From: Calditrichia bacterium
GTDB lineage: Bacteria > Calditrichota > Calditrichia > RBG-13-44-9 > J075
Direction of reading: 5' to 3'
Length of the DNA: 49,514 nucleotides
Assembly (NCBI GenBank): GCA_050633245.1
Contig: JBOEGD010000036.1
Coordinates: forward strand, 414-49,927
In this document: piece by piece, positions 47,176-49,514 of the stretch
Layout of the letters: every line of letters begins with the position of its first letter
Position numbering within the stretch: position 1 is the first letter of the stretch
Notes under the pieces: generated by a model
Told to the model about the DNA's origin: nothing
Database searches by the model: none
Seen by the model: only the letters and a program-made list of their open reading frames with translations
Made by a program: the position numbers and the translations under genes

Positions 47176-48816
47176 TTATAACCGGTATCCGAATTCGATG
47201 CTCATCGTATTGCCCTTGCGATCGCTACCCATATTCTGTTCAAATTGGCCCAGCATGTATAAATGACGTAAAAAAAGCAAGCTCAGGTTTACGCCAATCC
47301 AATCGTTAAGCTGCTGTCCGGTAAGGTCGGCAATTCTGTAAGCATACTGCCCATAGTAGACTTCGAGTCGATGGACCGAGCGAATGTTAAACGCAAGCTT
47401 GGCATTGTTGTTATAACCGCTACTGGTACCTCTTTTAAAACCTGCTCCGCTTAGAGAAAGAGAGAGTCGTTTAATTAAAAATGTTGGCACGTAAAATCGT
47501 GCTCCAGCACTTTGAGCATTCTCTTCATCCTTAGCTGTTCGCAGACCGGCATTTGCGCTAAGCCTTACGCGAAATGGCAGTTTTACAGAGACGATCCCGC
47601 GATACCCCTGTCTTAGGATGTCTTCGAACAGGGCTTCTTCCATTGAGCGGTTGAAGGAACTCCAATAATTCTGCCGAGTGTCGTATTGCAGACTTAAATT
47701 TACCGATTCACTTAATTGTATTCTTCCAGTAGCGAAGATTGAAGAAAGGACCAGCGAGCGTCCTGTCCGTTCTTTTCGCCATCCGCGATTTAGATCAACT
47801 TCTGCGCTGGTGTGCAGAAACAGGCGTCGTCCTTTACTAAAGCCCGATTGCAGATAGAAAAATTCGCGACTAATCTCAGAATTTCGGTATTCGCCGGCAG
47901 CAGCAATTGTAACCTTAAGTCGATTGCTCTTATAATCACCTTTCTCGTAGGTCGCAAATCCTCCCGACTTTAGCACATCGGCTCCCCATTTATCCAGTGC
48001 AGGATCTGGCTGGAATCCTCCAAAGGCACCCACTTGCAGGTTCCCGGAGCTACGTAATGCGATTTGAGCTCCATCGATATATCCCACTCCACTGAGATGA
48101 TTCGAGATAATTCTTCCAAAACGATAGTTTAACCGTGAATTTGGGTCGTCATAGCTAAAGCTGGCCTCGTAAAGTCTGTTTTGCCAATCTGTATTTAAGG
48201 ATGTCGAGCGTTCAAGGTAGCGTGCCCGAGTACGAATGCGAAACTGATAATCCTTACCCCAGAGCTGCCTGCCACGAACATTAACGCGAAATGATGGTTG
48301 TGAATAATCCCTTAAATTAGAACGGTCATCGCGATATTGGTAATAACGTGCTGACAGGCTTCCGCTAATGCGAGTGCGTTTAGTCCGCTTGCGTGTCGTA
48401 TTTATACGCCTCGTTTGCGTATTGCTATCGAATGAAATTTTATTCACTGTCGAATCAATGTGCTCTGTACGTGCTTTTCCAACAGGCGTTTCCGGCGCTA
48501 CATCGACAATTAGAATTGCCTTGTCGTTCGTTTGTATTGCTTTGGTAAATGAGATTATGCTGCATGAAGCAGAATGTTCTGCAACGTACTCTACGCGAAC
48601 AGATCCGATTATGATTGTGTTGCGAGAGATGCGAAGAACCATGCCTTTTTTTATACCGATGTCGCTGCCTCCTTTTAGATAAACATTTTGGGCAGAGATA
48701 TACTGTACGGGAATGAGTCTTGCCTCGGTTTGCCTCTCCTGAGCAAGAATCGTTGTTAAAAGCATCAGTTGCAGAAAAACTATTCCCATTGTTGGTACTG
48801 AGAATAACGGTTTCAT
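47176..48816 (-). CDS. Probable outer-membrane beta-barrel (porin partner of multiheme cytochrome) with small N-terminal beta domain
   Basis: Signal peptide; long series of amphipathic strands; C-terminal 'IEFGYRL'; start overlaps the cytochrome stop (ATGA). Confidence 0.7.
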   Translation of the reverse strand: MKPLFSVPTMGIVFLQLMLLTTILAQERQTEARLIPVQYISAQNVYLKGGSDIGIKKGMVLRISRNTIIIGSVRVEYVAEHSASCSIISFTKAIQTNDKAILIVDVAPETPVGKARTEHIDSTVNKISFDSNTQTRRINTTRKRTKRTRISGSLSARYYQYRDDRSNLRDYSQPSFRVNVRGRQLWGKDYQFRIRTRARYLERSTSLNTDWQNRLYEASFSYDDPNSRLNYRFGRIISNHLSGVGYIDGAQIALRSSGNLQVGAFGGFQPDPALDKWGADVLKSGGFATYEKGDYKSNRLKVTIAAAGEYRNSEISREFFYLQSGFSKGRRLFLHTSAEVDLNRGWRKERTGRSLVLSSIFATGRIQLSESVNLSLQYDTRQNYWSSFNRSMEEALFEDILRQGYRGIVSVKLPFRVRLSANAGLRTAKDEENAQSAGARFYVPTFLIKRLSLSLSGAGFKRGTSSGYNNNAKLAFNIRSVHRLEVYYGQYAYRIADLTGQQLNDWIGVNLSLLFLRHLYMLGQFEQNMGSDRKGNTMSIEFGYRL

Positions 48817-49514
48817 CCAGAGCGTCCTGTTCTGTTTAGTCTATTAAAGCGATTCATGCGCGGTGGACTTATTTTGTCCTCGCCATCAGGGTGACAATTT
48901 AAGCAGGCTGTACTTTCGTAGACGTAGCCAGTAACTTCACTGTGATCATCGTCCATATCTGGTCGGTTATGTTCATGGCAAAAGATGCATTCAAATACCT
49001 GATAGTTTGTTGGCACTACATGACAATCCACACAGTTGTTCCACTCACCTTGGTGCTTACCCGAATAGATTGGAAAATACTGACCGTCATGATCCCAGGT
49101 TGTTTGGTTCCAGTTTGAGGTATTGTGGCAAACCATACAGTCTGTCGGAAATCCTGCTGCCTGGTGATTGGGACTGTTTGTGTTATTGTAATCCGTATCA
49201 TGACAGCTAAAGCAATCGGTCGGTGTATTGACGTATCCCGCGGCATGACAGTCGATACAGTTTAGAGGAACATGTGCGCCGGTGATCGGAAAATTGGTGT
49301 TTGCATGATCGAACGTGGCCGGTTCCCATGCCTGTGTGGTATGGCAATCCAGACACATCATGCTGAAGTTGTTCTGTACGTGATTGGGATCCTGCACGTT
49401 ATTGAAGTCTGTTTCGTGGCATGAGAAACAGTCTGTCGGTGTATTAACGTATCCCGTGGCATGACAGTCGATGCAGTTTAGAGGAACATGTGCGCCGGTG
49501 ATCGGGAAATTGGT
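48813..49514 (-). CDS. Multiheme cytochrome c, C-terminal part (5'-truncated)
   Basis: Frame is open to the window edge. Nine CxxCH motifs are visible: CIDCH, CFSCH, CLDCH, CIDCH, CFSCH, CMVCH, CVDCH, CIFCH, CLNCH. Confidence 0.95.
   Translation of the reverse strand, partial: TNFPITGAHVPLNCIDCHATGYVNTPTDCFSCHETDFNNVQDPNHVQNNFSMMCLDCHTTQAWEPATFDHANTNFPITGAHVPLNCIDCHAAGYVNTPTDCFSCHDTDYNNTNSPNHQAAGFPTDCMVCHNTSNWNQTTWDHDGQYFPIYSGKHQGEWNNCVDCHVVPTNYQVFECIFCHEHNRPDMDDDHSEVTGYVYESTACLNCHPDGEDKISPPRMNRFNRLNRTGRSG
49218..49514. repeat. Intragenic direct repeat, 216-bp period (72 aa, three hemes per unit)
   Basis: Near-identical DNA 'gtcggtgtatt(g/a)acgtatcccg(c/t)ggcatgacagtcgat(a/g)cagtttagaggaacatgtgcgccggtgatcgg(a/g)aaattggt' starting near 49219 and 49435. 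Confidence 0.92.

Noticed and set aside
1-49514. rRNA, tRNA, IS/transposase, integrase or prophage genes
   Set aside because: None was recognised by eye. Intergenic gaps are short and mostly accounted for. A covariance-model search was not run.

Overview
A 49.5-kb bacterial genomic window, most likely from a non-Bacteroidota member of the FCB group such as Calditrichota, KSB1 or Ignavibacteria. This is inferred from multiple T9SS cargo proteins with 'QNYPNPFNP' C-terminal domains together with AGGAG-type ribosome-binding sites. Left end (1-5801): the tail of a MoxR-vWA 'ternary' system, made of a probable iSTAND-type protein, a MoxR AAA+ ATPase and a membrane-spanning vWA-like protein ending in two DUF1566/Lcl domains. 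A DoxX + ToxR/CadC-like regulator pair follows, bracketed by covarying REP-like palindromes, and then msrB. The core (7687-37107, all minus strand) is a ~29-kb probable beta-glucan utilisation locus with no recognisable SusD. It contains a TonB-dependent receptor, a 1064-aa protein with a divergent T9SS-like C-terminal domain and its own PorV-like barrel, a non-catalytic multi-CBM T9SS protein, a PpiC-like lipoprotein, GH3, GH5-CBM6, a secreted CotH kinase, an SGNH-TPR protein and two sodium:solute symporters. It appears to be controlled by a solute-binding protein + atypical histidine kinase + sigma-54 activator trio. Two matching non-canonical sigma-54 promoters (TGGCAyAAnnTATGT), each with a tandem pair of TTATYA-N3-YRATAA enhancer palindromes, can be read directly from the DNA. 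Right part: sixA, an M1 peptidase, a BNR-repeat lipoprotein, a Ser/Thr kinase + beta-barrel + lipoprotein globin cluster, a T9SS protein, and the end of a multiheme cytochrome c + porin + circularly permuted ferredoxin-flavoprotein operon. No rRNA, tRNA, CRISPR array or transposase was recognised. All family calls come from motif recognition by eye; no database search was run.
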